A stretch of 64,000 bases of DNA from Bacteroidales bacterium (GCA_025358455.1 JANYJP010000118.1:13906-77905), one strand, 5' to 3'. Shown: positions 18,046 to 28,461, numbered from the stretch's first letter. Notes: generated by a model from the sequence alone, not told the origin. Translations and numbers: made by a program.

Positions 18046-19605
18046 ATGAGGTCGCATGCACTAAAAACAATCCGTATAATTTTCTCTGTACTTCTATTTC
18101 TCTGTTTTTTCCTTTTATTTGTTGATTTTAAATACCTTATCCCAACAAGGTATATTAATATTCTGTTATATCTGCAATTCATTCCTTCTGCTATAAAGTT
18201 TTATGATCTGGGCACTATAGCTGCAGGCGGTTTCCTGATTGTTTTGGTACTTACGTTATTTACAGGTCGGACATATTGTTCTTTTTTATGTCCTCTTGGA
18301 ATAGGGCAGGATATATTCAGCAGGATTGGCGGGCGTTTCAAAAAGAGATTCAGAAGGTTTGGTTTTAAAAAGCCGTATACAATATTTAGATATTCTTTTC
18401 TGGCCATTACTCTGGTTGTTACAATGATCTGGGGCATCTATATGATTACCCTGCTTGATCCGTATAGTATTTTTGGCAGGTTTATGACCTATTTTGCGAA
18501 ACCTGTTGTGATAATGATTAATAATGTGCTTGCCGGCATACTCGGCAAATATGATATCTATACTCTTAGTAATATTCCTGTTAAGCCATTTCCTCTTGTT
18601 GTCTACTCTATACCAGCTGCTTTCTTCCTTCTTGTTGGTATCCTGTCATTTACAAAAGGACGTCTTTATTGTAATACGTTCTGTCCTGTCGGGACATTAC
18701 TGGGCCTGATTTCAAAGATTTCAATCCTAAGGATTAATTTTGATGAATCTAAATGTACAAGATGCGGCAGATGTGCCCTTAAATGTAAATCTTCCTGCAT
18801 CGACTTCCTTAATCACAAAGTTGATGTTACCAGATGTGTCGACTGTTTCGATTGTATTAATACCTGTCAGGATAAAGCCATTTCATACGGATTTGTGAAA
18901 CTAAAAAAGAAGGTTCATGAGACTGATGAAAGTAAGCGTAAAATTATTGTAGGATCAATTCTCTTTCTGTTGGGGATGTCACGGATATCAAACGCCCAGG
19001 AAAAAGCGGTTCCGAAACCAAAAAAAGACTCAACTGTAAAAGAAAACAGAACACTACCGGTATGTCCTCCGGGCGGAGTATCAATAGCAGATTTTAATAA
19101 AGATTGTATTGCCTGTTCATTATGCATAAACGCCTGCCCGAATGGAGTATTGATACCTTCATTTAAACAGTATGGGATCACCGGTATGATGCAACCGGTA
19201 ATGGATTACCATAAGAGTTTCTGTACTTATAAATGCACTGTTTGTACAGAGATTTGCCCTACCAGTGCTCTTCATCCTCTGTTGCTGGAGGCTAAACAGC
19301 TTACCCAGTTAGGTAAAGCAAAATTTATAAAGGATAACTGTATAGTAAAAACTGAAAAAACTGCCTGCGGAGCATGCTCGGAAAGCTGCCCGACAAAAGC
19401 AGTTCATATGATCGCGTATGAAAGAAATCTTGTAATTCCGGAGGTTACTGAGGATATCTGTATAGGCTGCGGACATTGCGAATTTGCATGTCCTACCAAA
19501 CCGTATAAAGCAATATTTGTTGATGGGAATGCTATTCACGTTGCTGCCAAAAAGCCGCTTAATGTGAAGTCAGACATGAAAACACCAGTCGAATTCCCAT
19601 TCTAG
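18046..19605 (+). CDS. Integral-membrane polyferredoxin (NapH/MauN-like membrane part plus multiple 4Fe-4S motifs)
   Basis: Several TM helices with two CxxxCP motifs (CSFLCP, CNTFCP). Six Cys-cluster motifs by my count: CTRCGRCALKC, CVDCFDCINTC, CIACSLCINACP, CTYKCTVCTEICP, CGACSESCP, CIGCGHCEFACP. Confidence 0.8.
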   Translation: MRSHALKTIRIIFSVLLFLCFFLLFVDFKYLIPTRYINILLYLQFIPSAIKFYDLGTIAAGGFLIVLVLTLFTGRTYCSFLCPLGIGQDIFSRIGGRFKKRFRRFGFKKPYTIFRYSFLAITLVVTMIWGIYMITLLDPYSIFGRFMTYFAKPVVIMINNVLAGILGKYDIYTLSNIPVKPFPLVVYSIPAAFFLLVGILSFTKGRLYCNTFCPVGTLLGLISKISILRINFDESKCTRCGRCALKCKSSCIDFLNHKVDVTRCVDCFDCINTCQDKAISYGFVKLKKKVHETDESKRKIIVGSILFLLGMSRISNAQEKAVPKPKKDSTVKENRTLPVCPPGGVSIADFNKDCIACSLCINACPNGVLIPSFKQYGITGMMQPVMDYHKSFCTYKCTVCTEICPTSALHPLLLEAKQLTQLGKAKFIKDNCIVKTEKTACGACSESCPTKAVHMIAYERNLVIPEVTEDICIGCGHCEFACPTKPYKAIFVDGNAIHVAAKKPLNVKSDMKTPVEFPF

Positions 19606-19688
19606 AAAACACTTGCAAGTATTTATTATTCAGGATAAATAAATTCTGAAAACATGATAATTGTCTGTTCCTTATTCTGACAATAAGC

Positions 19689-19696
19689 TAATTTTG
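19689..19696 (+). promoter_or_regulatory. -7 box TAATTTTG for the mce operon
   Basis: Exact TAnnTTTG 19 nt upstream of ATG 19716. The inverted repeat ATTGTC...GACAAT (about 19660-19685) lies just upstream. Confidence 0.5.
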
Positions 19697-19715
19697 TTGT
19701 ATAAATTCTAAATTT

Positions 19716-20126
19716 ATGAAACCCTCACACATTGAACATATCGGGATAGCAGTAACAAACCTTGAAACAGCAATAAGTTTTTATGAAAACGTATTAGGGC
19801 TGAAGTGTTATAACATTGAAGAGGTTGCTGATCAGAAAGTCAGAACAGCCTTCTTTAAAGTAGGTCAGACAAAGATTGAACTACTGGAATCTACTGACCC
19901 TGAAGGTCCTGTTGGTAAATTCATAGAGAAAAAAGGTGAAGGGATACATCACATTGCATTTTCAGTGGAAAATATAGAAGATCAGTTGGAGCATGCAACT
20001 GAAATGGGAGTGAGACTTATTGATTGCAAACCAAGAAAAGGAGCGGAAGGACTTGATATTGCTTTTCTTCATCCTAAATCAACCTCCGGTGTATTGATTG
20101 AGCTTTGCGAAAACAAAAAAGGTTAA
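19716..20126 (+). CDS. mce: Methylmalonyl-CoA epimerase (VOC/glyoxalase fold)
   Basis: 136 aa. IEHIGIAV ... GIHHIAF ... LIELCE pattern typical of the epimerase. Confidence 0.85.
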   Translation: MKPSHIEHIGIAVTNLETAISFYENVLGLKCYNIEEVADQKVRTAFFKVGQTKIELLESTDPEGPVGKFIEKKGEGIHHIAFSVENIEDQLEHATEMGVRLIDCKPRKGAEGLDIAFLHPKSTSGVLIELCENKKG

Positions 20127-20143
20127 TTCTGAAAATTTTATAA

Positions 20144-21703
20144 ATGAAAAGCCAGGAAAAAGTTAAACAGCTTATTGATCTTCGTGAAAAAGCCCGGGAG
20201 GGCGGTGGAAAAAAGAGAATAGAGGATCAGCATGCAAAAGGGAAAATGACTGCCAGGGAAAGGATTGAAATCCTCCTTGATGAAGGCAGCTTTGAAGAGT
20301 TTGATATGTTTGTGACTCACAGAACTGAAGACTTTGGACTTGGAGACAAAAAGTACCTTTCTGATGGGGTTGTAACCGGTCATGGAACAATAGATGGGAG
20401 AGTAGTATATGTTTTTGCGCAGGACTTCACAATATTCGGAGGCTCATTGTCAGAGACATTTGCTCTCAAAATCTGCAAAGTAATGGATCAGGCAATGAAG
20501 GTGGGTGCTCCTGTAATAGGGATAAATGATAGTGGAGGCGCAAGAATTCAGGAAGGTGTCAGAAGCCTGGCAGGTTATGCAGAGATCTTTGAGCGAAATA
20601 TACTGGCATCAGGTGTTATTCCACAGATATCGGCAATCTTTGGACCATGTGCAGGAGGAGCTGTATATTCTCCCGCCCTCACTGATTTTATTGTTATGAG
20701 CGCGAGAAGCAGTTATATGTTTGTAACCGGACCAAAAGTCACAAAAACAGTAACAGGTGAAGATATATCTACAGAAAACCTTGGTGGCTCACAGGTTCAT
20801 GGAACTAAGTCGGGTGTAGCTCATTTTATTGCTGACGATGAAGAGGAAGGTCTCCTGCTTATCAGGAAACTGTTAAGCTACCTGCCTCAGAATAATCTTG
20901 AAGAGCCTCCCCTGGTCGAATGTAATGATCCTATTGAACGGCAGGCTGATGAATTAAACAGCATTATTCCGGAAAATTCCAATCAGCCCTATGATATAAA
21001 AGATGTTATCTATCATTTAGTTGATGATGGCGAATTTATGGAGATTCATGCTGTTTATGCAAGGAATATCGTTATCGGATTCGCAAGGATGGGAGGAATG
21101 CCTGTAGGAATAGTTGGCAATCAACCCAATTTTCTGGCAGGTGTACTTGATATTGATGCCTCAAGGAAAGCTGCAAGGTTTATCAGATTTTGCGATGCAT
21201 TTAATATACCAATTGTCACACTGGTTGATGTTCCTGGTTTCCTTCCCGGCAGCGGACAGGAATATGGAGGGATTATCGTTCATGGTGCAAAGCTTATGTT
21301 TGCTTACGGTGAAGCTTCAGTACCAAAAATTACGGTTACATTAAGAAAATCGTATGGTGGCGCGCATTGTGTTATGTCCTCAAAACAGTTAAGGGGTGAT
21401 ATTAATTATGCATGGCCTTCGGCAGAGATAGCTGTAATGGGACCATCGGGCGCTGTTGAGATTCTTGACGGTAAAGACATTAGTGAAATTAAGGATCCTG
21501 TTAAAAAGGCAAACTACATTGCAGAAAAGGAAAAGGAATACCGTGATAAGTTTGCTAATCCCTACGAGGCAGCCCGGTATGGTTATATCGATGATATTAT
21601 CGAACCAAGGAATACAAGGTTCAGGATTATCAGGGCACTTCGCACTGTCGCCACAAAAAAAGATCCTGGTCCAATGAAGAAACATTCGAACATACCTTTA
21701 TAA
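20144..21703 (+). CDS. mmdA: Methylmalonyl-CoA decarboxylase alpha subunit / acyl-CoA carboxyltransferase (12S-type)
   Basis: 519 aa. Carboxyltransferase N and C domains ([12 protein letters not shown]..., [13 protein letters not shown]..., [13 protein letters not shown]). Confidence 0.9.
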   Translation: MKSQEKVKQLIDLREKAREGGGKKRIEDQHAKGKMTARERIEILLDEGSFEEFDMFVTHRTEDFGLGDKKYLSDGVVTGHGTIDGRVVYVFAQDFTIFGGSLSETFALKICKVMDQAMKVGAPVIGINDSGGARIQEGVRSLAGYAEIFERNILASGVIPQISAIFGPCAGGAVYSPALTDFIVMSARSSYMFVTGPKVTKTVTGEDISTENLGGSQVHGTKSGVAHFIADDEEEGLLLIRKLLSYLPQNNLEEPPLVECNDPIERQADELNSIIPENSNQPYDIKDVIYHLVDDGEFMEIHAVYARNIVIGFARMGGMPVGIVGNQPNFLAGVLDIDASRKAARFIRFCDAFNIPIVTLVDVPGFLPGSGQEYGGIIVHGAKLMFAYGEASVPKITVTLRKSYGGAHCVMSSKQLRGDINYAWPSAEIAVMGPSGAVEILDGKDISEIKDPVKKANYIAEKEKEYRDKFANPYEAARYGYIDDIIEPRNTRFRIIRALRTVATKKDPGPMKKHSNIPL

Positions 21704-21712
21704 TAAAGTATT

Positions 21713-22078
21713 ATGTACCTGAATATGTTAAATTTTTTTGATCTTTCATCAATCCATAAACCAACTATTATTTTTGTTCTGGTTTTGCAGGTAATAATTT
21801 TTACACTCCTCTTTTTGCTTTATAAACTATTCCGGACTAAAGTTCCTGCTTTGCATACCGAAAAGAGAAAACAAAATGAGGTGAGTGAAATAAAAACCCC
21901 TGAAAAGACAGCTCTTGCGGAATCAGATGGAGATATAAACGCGGCTATCGCAATGGCACTGTATTTACATTTCAATGAGATGCATGACCAGGAGAGCAAT
22001 GTAATTACTATCCAGAGGGTTTCGAAGACATATTCCCCCTGGAGTTCAAAGATTTACAATATGCGAAATTTTAGATAA
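21713..22078 (+). CDS. OadG/MmdD-type small membrane subunit of Na+-decarboxylases
   Basis: One N-terminal TM helix, then DINAAIAMALYLH, the conserved OadG-family segment. Position between the carboxyltransferase and BCCP genes. Confidence 0.6.
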   Translation: MYLNMLNFFDLSSIHKPTIIFVLVLQVIIFTLLFLLYKLFRTKVPALHTEKRKQNEVSEIKTPEKTALAESDGDINAAIAMALYLHFNEMHDQESNVITIQRVSKTYSPWSSKIYNMRNFR

Positions 22079-22080
22079 AT

Positions 22081-22509
22081 ATGCTTGAAATGAAAAATTA
22101 CAGCTTCTCTATAAACGGTGTCAAATATGATGTTGATATACAGTCTGTTGAAGGAAATACTGCCAGGCTGGAGGTCAACGGGAAACAATTCATCGTTGAA
22201 ATGCATCGCGAAATAAAGCAGGTAAAAACTCCTGTAATTGTCCGATCGCACATAAAAGAAGCTTCTACAGATATCGAGAGAAAGACAGGTGGAGTTAAAA
22301 CTGAGATTAAATCGCCACTTCCGGGAATTATAGTTAATATATTTGTAAGCAAAGGTGAAGAAGTTAAAAAGAATCAGAAACTTTTTAGCCTTGAAGCCAT
22401 GAAAATGGAGAATGAAATTAAAGCTGAAAGAGACGGTGTAATCGAAACAATTAAAATTGCAGCGGGTCAGTCTGTTCTTCAGGATGAAGTGGTAATGGAA
22501 ATGAACTGA
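22081..22509 (+). CDS. Biotin carboxyl carrier subunit (MmdC-like)
   Basis: C-terminal biotinyl domain with the EAMKMENEI attachment motif. Confidence 0.85.
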   Translation: MLEMKNYSFSINGVKYDVDIQSVEGNTARLEVNGKQFIVEMHREIKQVKTPVIVRSHIKEASTDIERKTGGVKTEIKSPLPGIIVNIFVSKGEEVKKNQKLFSLEAMKMENEIKAERDGVIETIKIAAGQSVLQDEVVMEMN

Positions 22510-22586
22510 GTCTATTCATTACCTTGTATGGTTCATATTTAAAAAAATCTGTAGGTTTGTAACCTGGTAACCAACCAAAGGCCAAA

Positions 22587-23810
22587 ATGAAAAAATCTAT
22601 AGCTGTTTCAGGTAATTCTGGTCCAAAGGTCAGATCCGATTGCGAAATTACTTTGGAACTTAAATCAGACAATGGAATAACTATAGACCTGAATTCCAGG
22701 GTAAAGTCACTTTATGGAGAGTCTATAAAGAAACTTATTGTGGCGGTTCTTAATTTTTTTGGGATTAACAATGCTTTTGTCAGGATCATTGATTCAGGAG
22801 CACTGCCATTCGTAATTGCTGCCCGGATGGAGTCTGCAGTTAAACAAATTATCAATACAAATCTCGAATACCTTCCTGACTTCATTAGCGAAAATTCTTA
22901 TTCCACCTCCCGTGACAGGTTCCGTTTTTCAAGATTATACCTGCCAGGTAATAATCCGGGATTAATGATAAATGCAGGCCTGCATTTAGCTGATGGAATA
23001 ATACTTGATCTTGAAGATTCAGTTGCCCCAGAAAAAAAAGATGAAGCAAGAATCCTGGTCAGGAATGCCTTGAGGCAGATAAATTTTTACGGTGCAGAGC
23101 GGATGGTCAGGATAAACCAGGGGGAAAGAGGTTTGAAAGATCTCCATTATATAATCCCGCAAAATGTGAATCTTATTCTTATCCCAAAATGTGAAAGCTC
23201 TGATTATGTAAAACTTATTGCAAAGGAAATAGACTCTGTTAAAAGTGAATACAACATTGCTAATACAGTATTTCTGATGCCAATTATTGAAAGTGCCCTG
23301 GGAATTGAAAACGCTTTTGAGATTGCCCGGTCGTCTGAAAATGTTGTAGCTGTAGCCATCGGACTCGAAGATTACACTGCTGACCTTGGTGTCCAGCGAA
23401 CTTTAGAAGGGAAAGAATCATTTTATGCCAGAACAAGACTTGTGGTTGCAGCAAAAGCAGCCGGCATTCAGCCTATAGATTCAGTCTTTTCAGATGTTGG
23501 CGATATGGACGCACTAAAAGAAAATGTTCTTGCCTCCAAAGCTCTGGGATTTGAAGGAATGGGTTGCATACATCCAAGGCAGATATCTGTTATCAGGCAG
23601 GGATTTGCACCCGGTGAACCTGAAATTGAAAAATCAAAAAAAATAGTACTGGCGTTTGAGAATGCAAAACTTAACGGACTTGGGGTAGTGGCATTGGGAT
23701 CTAAAATGATAGACCCACCCGTTGTTTGCCGGGCTCAGAAAACTATAAGCCTGGCGGTGCGCCTGGGACTTTTACCGGAAAACTGGTTAAATGAAATTCC
23801 AACAGAGTAA
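22587..23810 (+). CDS. citDE: Fusion of citrate lyase acyl-carrier (gamma, CitD) and citryl-CoA lyase (beta, CitE)
   Basis: Residues ~1-95 align to CitD (VRSDCEITLE..., LNSRVKSLYGESI, IDSGALPFVIAARMESA versus E. coli LESGDVMI..., INSSVEKQFGDAI, DDKGALDCILRARLEA, recalled from memory). The rest is CitE (LYLPGNNPG..., ILDLEDSVAP, IESALGIENAFEIA, AIGLEDYTADLG, IHPRQI). Confidence 0.8.
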   Translation: MKKSIAVSGNSGPKVRSDCEITLELKSDNGITIDLNSRVKSLYGESIKKLIVAVLNFFGINNAFVRIIDSGALPFVIAARMESAVKQIINTNLEYLPDFISENSYSTSRDRFRFSRLYLPGNNPGLMINAGLHLADGIILDLEDSVAPEKKDEARILVRNALRQINFYGAERMVRINQGERGLKDLHYIIPQNVNLILIPKCESSDYVKLIAKEIDSVKSEYNIANTVFLMPIIESALGIENAFEIARSSENVVAVAIGLEDYTADLGVQRTLEGKESFYARTRLVVAAKAAGIQPIDSVFSDVGDMDALKENVLASKALGFEGMGCIHPRQISVIRQGFAPGEPEIEKSKKIVLAFENAKLNGLGVVALGSKMIDPPVVCRAQKTISLAVRLGLLPENWLNEIPTE

Positions 23811-23836
23811 GAAAAATAAGTTCAAAAGAACTCAAT

Positions 23837-25393
23837 ATGGCTATTAAAACTGTTAAAAATGCGGCCGGAAGAACAGTACCGCTGGAGATAAACGGTCTGC
23901 CTGTGATCCCTTATAAGGGAGTTGGAAAGCATAAGCCTGAAGGCAGAAAATATGGACCCCCGATTCCATCATGTTCTGATTATCCGGACGATGGAAACAA
24001 GGTTGTGGCTTCACTTGAGGAGGCTCTTCGCAAGTGTGGTCTAAAGGACGGTATGACTATATCCACTCATCATCATATGAGGGATGGAGATCTGGTAAGC
24101 AATAAAATATTTGAACTGGCTTCTTCGATGGGTGTAAGGGACCTTGTTTGGTTACCCTCAGCTTCTTTTCCATGTAATGATCCCGTTATTAAATATCTCG
24201 CGGACGGGACAATAAACCGGATTGAAGGAAGTATGAACGGGCCGCTTGGAAGATTTGTATCTGAGGGAAAAATGAAAGGAACAGCTGTTCTACGATCACA
24301 TGGAGGCAGGGTACAGGCAATTCAGGATGGTGAGGTAAAGATCGATATCGCGGTTCTTGCAGCACCTTCAGCTGATTCCTTCGGAAATGCAAAAGGGACA
24401 GGAGGTACATCAGCCTGTGGAGTAATTGGTTATGGGAAAACCGATTCAATGTATGCCGACAAAGTTATTGTGGTGACTGACAATCTGATCGATCTCCCGT
24501 GTTTTCCGATGGAAATTGAAGGAAACTATGTCGATTATGTGGTGGTGGTTGATAAAATAGGTATTCCTGAAAAAATTGTTTCGGGAACAACACAGATCAC
24601 AAAAAGCCCTGACAGACTTTTAATTGCTGAATTAACAGCCTCATTTCTTGAAAAGTCAGGAATTCTGAAAGATGGGGTATTGATGCAGGCAGGTGCAGGC
24701 GGAACATCTCTGGCAATATCTGTGTTTCTGCATGAGATACTAAAGAAGAAAGGTTGGAAATCAAAACTGGGATTTGGAGGGAGCACAAAGTACATGGTAA
24801 AAATGCTGGAAGAAGGTCAGATGGGATATATACTTGATGCACAAGCATTTGATTTGGATTCTGTTAGCTCAATTGAGCGAAACCCCAATCATGTTCCATA
24901 TCCGGTATTTAATGCATATAATTATCATTCCAAGGGTAACATCACCAGCATGATGGATATTATGATACTTGGTGCAACAGAGGTGGATCTGAATTTTAAC
25001 GGGAACGTTGTTACTCACTCGGATGGTTATCTGCTTCATGGTATCGGGGGGTGGCAGAACTGCCTGCATGCAAGGAATGTAATTCTTCCTGTTCCTTTGT
25101 TCCGCGACAGGATTCCTGTAATTGTTGATGAAGTAACAACTCTTTGCGGCCCCGGTGAACTGATTGATGTTATAATTACTGAACGTGGAATAGCCATAAA
25201 TCCACTCCGTCAGGATCTTATTGATAGTGTAAAAAACAGTGGACTTCCATTAAAAACTATCAGGGAACTTAAAGATGAGGCTGAAAAAATATGCGGTAAA
25301 CCTCAGAAACCTCAGTTTGAAGAAGATATCGTAGCAGCAATAAAGTGGGTTGATGGTACCGTTATAGATGTGGTTAGAAAAATAAAAACCTGA
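23837..25393 (+). CDS. citF: Citrate lyase alpha subunit (citrate CoA-transferase)
   Basis: 518 aa. [43 protein letters not shown] and CGVIGYG motifs typical of CitF. Confidence 0.9.
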   Translation: MAIKTVKNAAGRTVPLEINGLPVIPYKGVGKHKPEGRKYGPPIPSCSDYPDDGNKVVASLEEALRKCGLKDGMTISTHHHMRDGDLVSNKIFELASSMGVRDLVWLPSASFPCNDPVIKYLADGTINRIEGSMNGPLGRFVSEGKMKGTAVLRSHGGRVQAIQDGEVKIDIAVLAAPSADSFGNAKGTGGTSACGVIGYGKTDSMYADKVIVVTDNLIDLPCFPMEIEGNYVDYVVVVDKIGIPEKIVSGTTQITKSPDRLLIAELTASFLEKSGILKDGVLMQAGAGGTSLAISVFLHEILKKKGWKSKLGFGGSTKYMVKMLEEGQMGYILDAQAFDLDSVSSIERNPNHVPYPVFNAYNYHSKGNITSMMDIMILGATEVDLNFNGNVVTHSDGYLLHGIGGWQNCLHARNVILPVPLFRDRIPVIVDEVTTLCGPGELIDVIITERGIAINPLRQDLIDSVKNSGLPLKTIRELKDEAEKICGKPQKPQFEEDIVAAIKWVDGTVIDVVRKIKT

Positions 25394-25404
25394 AATCCAT
25401 ATTG

Positions 25405-25569
25405 ATGAAAAAATATAAATGTGTCGTCTGTGGATATATCTACGATCCTGAACAGGGAGATCCTTCAGGGGGAATTGAACCAGGGGTCCTTTTCAGTGAC
25501 CTGCCTGCGGACTATATATGCCCGGTATGTGGTGCAGACAAAAGTGAATTCATCGAGTATGATGAATGA
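25405..25569 (+). CDS. Rubredoxin (54 aa), absent from the supplied ORF track
   Basis: My translation: [54 protein letters not shown]. It has both CxxCG knuckles (CVVCG, CPVCG) and the YIYDP motif. Confidence 0.85.
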   Translation: MKKYKCVVCGYIYDPEQGDPSGGIEPGVLFSDLPADYICPVCGADKSEFIEYDE

Positions 25570-25630
25570 TTGATGAGAGATCAGAAAGCAGGAATCAGAA
25601 AAAAGAGATCAGGAAACAGGTATATAGATG

Positions 25631-27094
25631 TTATTTATTCACCGGCATATTTATTACTACTTCAATAAGTAAATCCCAGAACATCTGAGCTGTTTTAATT
25701 TCAATCATCTCTTCCGGAGTGTGGGCTCCCCTTATGGTCGGCCCAAAGGATATCATATCGATTCCTTTGTTTTTTTCATGTACCAAACCACATTCGAGGC
25801 CTGCATGTATTGCCCTTACCAATGGTTCTTTTCCGAAAAGTTTCACATATGAATTCCGGGTCAGATTAAGTATTTCTGATGTCATATTCGGCTTCCAACC
25901 GGGATAACCATCAGAATGAACCACTTCTGCTCCGGCCAGACGCAGGCAGGATTCAACCATTGCTCCTGCATCGTATTTTGATGATTCAACAGAGCTTCTC
26001 TGTGTTGAAATTATTTTAATGGCATTTTTATCTGTGAACTTAACAGCAGCCAGATTGGTTGATGTCTCAACCAGATCATCCATCTCTCTTGACCAGGCAA
26101 TTACACCGTGTGGACAACAACTTAAGACATTAATAAGTTTTTTCTGGCTTTCAGCATCCATTACAAAAGGGGGCATACCTGAATCCTTTACTGAAAGTTT
26201 CAGGTCTTTTTCCAAATCTCCAATTTCATCAGTTAATGTAAAATGGAAATTATTGATCCAGCTTTTTACAGCTTCACAATCTTCTTTATTAACAACAACA
26301 TTTGTGAAAGCTTCCCTGGGAATCGCGTTCCTGAGATTACCTCCGTCAAAATCAGCCAGAGAAATTTCAAATTGATTGGACAGATTCCATAAAACTCTGT
26401 TCATGATCTTTACAGAATTGCCATAACCTTTGTGGATTTCATCCCCTGAGTGTCCTCCATGCAAACCGGTAACCGAAATAATTATTGCGCATTTGTCGCT
26501 ACCGGCAGCGATACTTTTATAGGTCATAGTTCCGACAGTATCCATTCCTCCTGCACAACCTATAAAAAGTATTCCCTCATCCTCTGAATCGAGGTTGAGA
26601 AGTGTTTTACCCGTGAAGAAATCAGATTTAAGATTTATAGCTCCTGTCATTCCTGATTCCTCATCAACGGTGAATAGGCATTCAATCTTTCCTGCCTTTA
26701 GGTTTTTGTCTGTAAGTATTGCCATCTGTGAGGCGATACCTATTCCGTCATCAGCCCCAAGAGTTGTACCCGTAGCGGTAACCCATCCGCCTTTTATAAC
26801 AGGTATTATAGGATCTTTAGTCCAGTCGTGGGGATAGTCAGCATTCTTCTCTCCAACCATATCCATATGACTCTGAAGAACAACAGTTTTCCTGTTTTCC
26901 ATTCCCGGGGAAGAAGGTTTGATAATCAGGATATTTCCAACTTCATCCTCTTTGAATTCCAGTTTATTTTTTTTAGCAAAATCTAAAAGATACTGCCTTA
27001 TCTTCCCCTCGTTCTTTGAAAGACGTGGTATACTACAAATCTCTTCAAAGTAGATCCAGATTGGTGCTGGACTTAACTTACTCAAAACGCTCAT
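25631..27094 (-). CDS. pepD: Aminoacyl-histidine (Xaa-His) dipeptidase, M20 family
   Basis: 487 aa. HMDMV, GADDGIGIA and DEESGMTGA metal-site motifs. Confidence 0.9.
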   Translation of the reverse strand: MSVLSKLSPAPIWIYFEEICSIPRLSKNEGKIRQYLLDFAKKNKLEFKEDEVGNILIIKPSSPGMENRKTVVLQSHMDMVGEKNADYPHDWTKDPIIPVIKGGWVTATGTTLGADDGIGIASQMAILTDKNLKAGKIECLFTVDEESGMTGAINLKSDFFTGKTLLNLDSEDEGILFIGCAGGMDTVGTMTYKSIAAGSDKCAIIISVTGLHGGHSGDEIHKGYGNSVKIMNRVLWNLSNQFEISLADFDGGNLRNAIPREAFTNVVVNKEDCEAVKSWINNFHFTLTDEIGDLEKDLKLSVKDSGMPPFVMDAESQKKLINVLSCCPHGVIAWSREMDDLVETSTNLAAVKFTDKNAIKIISTQRSSVESSKYDAGAMVESCLRLAGAEVVHSDGYPGWKPNMTSEILNLTRNSYVKLFGKEPLVRAIHAGLECGLVHEKNKGIDMISFGPTIRGAHTPEEMIEIKTAQMFWDLLIEVVINMPVNK

Positions 27095-27124
27095 ACTTGG
27101 TATAATGATTCCCTAATTTGGCTG

Positions 27125-27132
27125 CAAAAATA
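27125..27132 (-). promoter_or_regulatory. -7 box (TATTTTTG on minus strand) for pepD
   Basis: Plus strand reads CAAAAATA, 31 nt upstream of the pepD ATG. Confidence 0.4.
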
Positions 27133-27249
27133 GCGTTTTATTTCTATTTTACGGCTTACTTATAATATTTTAATTCAGGTAAAGGACATGCCGAATTTTG
27201 ATTATTTTTACATACAACTAAAGCTGACAATTTTATAAATTCAACTGAT

Positions 27250-28446
27250 ATGGCAAAACGTAAAATAGTTACATTACCTGGCGATGGAATAGGGGCGGTT
27301 GTACTGCAACAGGCTATCAGGGTTCTCGATGCTGCAGGATTTGATGCAGATTACATTCATGGGGATATTGGCTGGGAATTCTGGTGCAAAGAGGGTAATC
27401 CTTTACCCAAAAGAACTATTGATCTGATTGAGAAACATAAAATTGCACTATTTGGCGCTATAACTTCGAAACCTAACGACGAGGCAAAGGCAGAACTTGC
27501 ACCTGAATTGCAGGGGAAAGGATTTATCTATTCAAGTCCTATTGTTGGATTACGGCAGCTCTTTAATCTTGATATATGTGTCAGACCATGCAAATCATAT
27601 AAAGGGAATCCTCTGAATTTTGTAAGAAGAGGGAAAGGAAATACAATTGATGAACCTCTGGTTGATGTTGTCATTTTCCGTCAGAATACCGAATGTCTAT
27701 ATTCGGGAGTTGAATGGACCAACCCTCCGGTGCAGGTACATAATGCCTTTATGACTCATCCTAAATTTGCTAAGAATTTTGGCAAAGTGCCTGTTGAGGA
27801 ACTTTCAATATCAACAAGAATATTTACCAGGAAGGCTACTTTAAGGATACTTATGGCAGCTTTTGAACATGCCAGAAAATTCGGGTATAAATCGGTCACA
27901 GTCTGTGAAAAGCCAAATGTGATAAGAGAAACTTCCGGTCTGATGTGGAAACTGGCAAGGGAAATTCAGAAGGCGTCCTTTCCTGAAATCAAGTTGATGA
28001 ACACTAACATTGATGCCCAGATGATGTGGCTGACTAAAAACCCTGAAGAGTATGGTGTGATAGTTGCCGGTAATATGTTTGGTGATATCGCCTCAGATGC
28101 ATTTGCTGGTCTGATTGGAGGATTGGGCTTTGCATGCAGTGCGCAGTTCTCATCCGATGGAATTGCCGTATTTGAACCAACCCATGGCTCGGCTCCAAAA
28201 TATGCTGATTATAAAATTTCAATAGTCAACCCGATAGCCATGATTGAATCGGCCTGCATGATGCTTGATTATATTGACGAGAAGAAAATATCATCAAAAA
28301 TCCGCAAGTCGATTGCAGATGTTATCGCTGAGGGTAAGGTACGGACTTACGATATGATGAAGCTGGCTGGCAGACCTGAAGTAGTTCAGAACGGAGCTGC
28401 GTCAACTTCCCAAATGACAGATGCTATTATAGCAAAATTGAAGTAA
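27250..28446 (+). CDS. Isocitrate/isopropylmalate dehydrogenase-family protein (probable isocitrate dehydrogenase)
   Basis: LPGDGIG N-terminus. GNMFGDIASDAFAGLIGGLG and FEPTHGSAPK motifs of beta-decarboxylating dehydrogenases. Substrate not decidable by eye. Confidence 0.75.
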   Translation: MAKRKIVTLPGDGIGAVVLQQAIRVLDAAGFDADYIHGDIGWEFWCKEGNPLPKRTIDLIEKHKIALFGAITSKPNDEAKAELAPELQGKGFIYSSPIVGLRQLFNLDICVRPCKSYKGNPLNFVRRGKGNTIDEPLVDVVIFRQNTECLYSGVEWTNPPVQVHNAFMTHPKFAKNFGKVPVEELSISTRIFTRKATLRILMAAFEHARKFGYKSVTVCEKPNVIRETSGLMWKLAREIQKASFPEIKLMNTNIDAQMMWLTKNPEEYGVIVAGNMFGDIASDAFAGLIGGLGFACSAQFSSDGIAVFEPTHGSAPKYADYKISIVNPIAMIESACMMLDYIDEKKISSKIRKSIADVIAEGKVRTYDMMKLAGRPEVVQNGAASTSQMTDAIIAKLK

Positions 28447-28461
28447 CCTAAGTTTTTTCAA

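Noticed and set aside
22510-22586. Looked for a remnant of the missing decarboxylase beta-subunit gene between the BCCP gene and citDE.
   Set aside because: The gap is only 77 nt with no beta-subunit-like translation in any frame. The absence looks clean rather than a pseudogene.
25570-25630. Short run of similar units (GATCAGAAAGCAGG / AATCAGAAAAAAGA / GATCAGGAAACAGG) after the rubredoxin gene; considered as a mini repeat array.
   Set aside because: There are only three degenerate, purine-rich units and no spacer structure. This is not CRISPR-like and fits low-complexity 3' UTR sequence between convergent genes.
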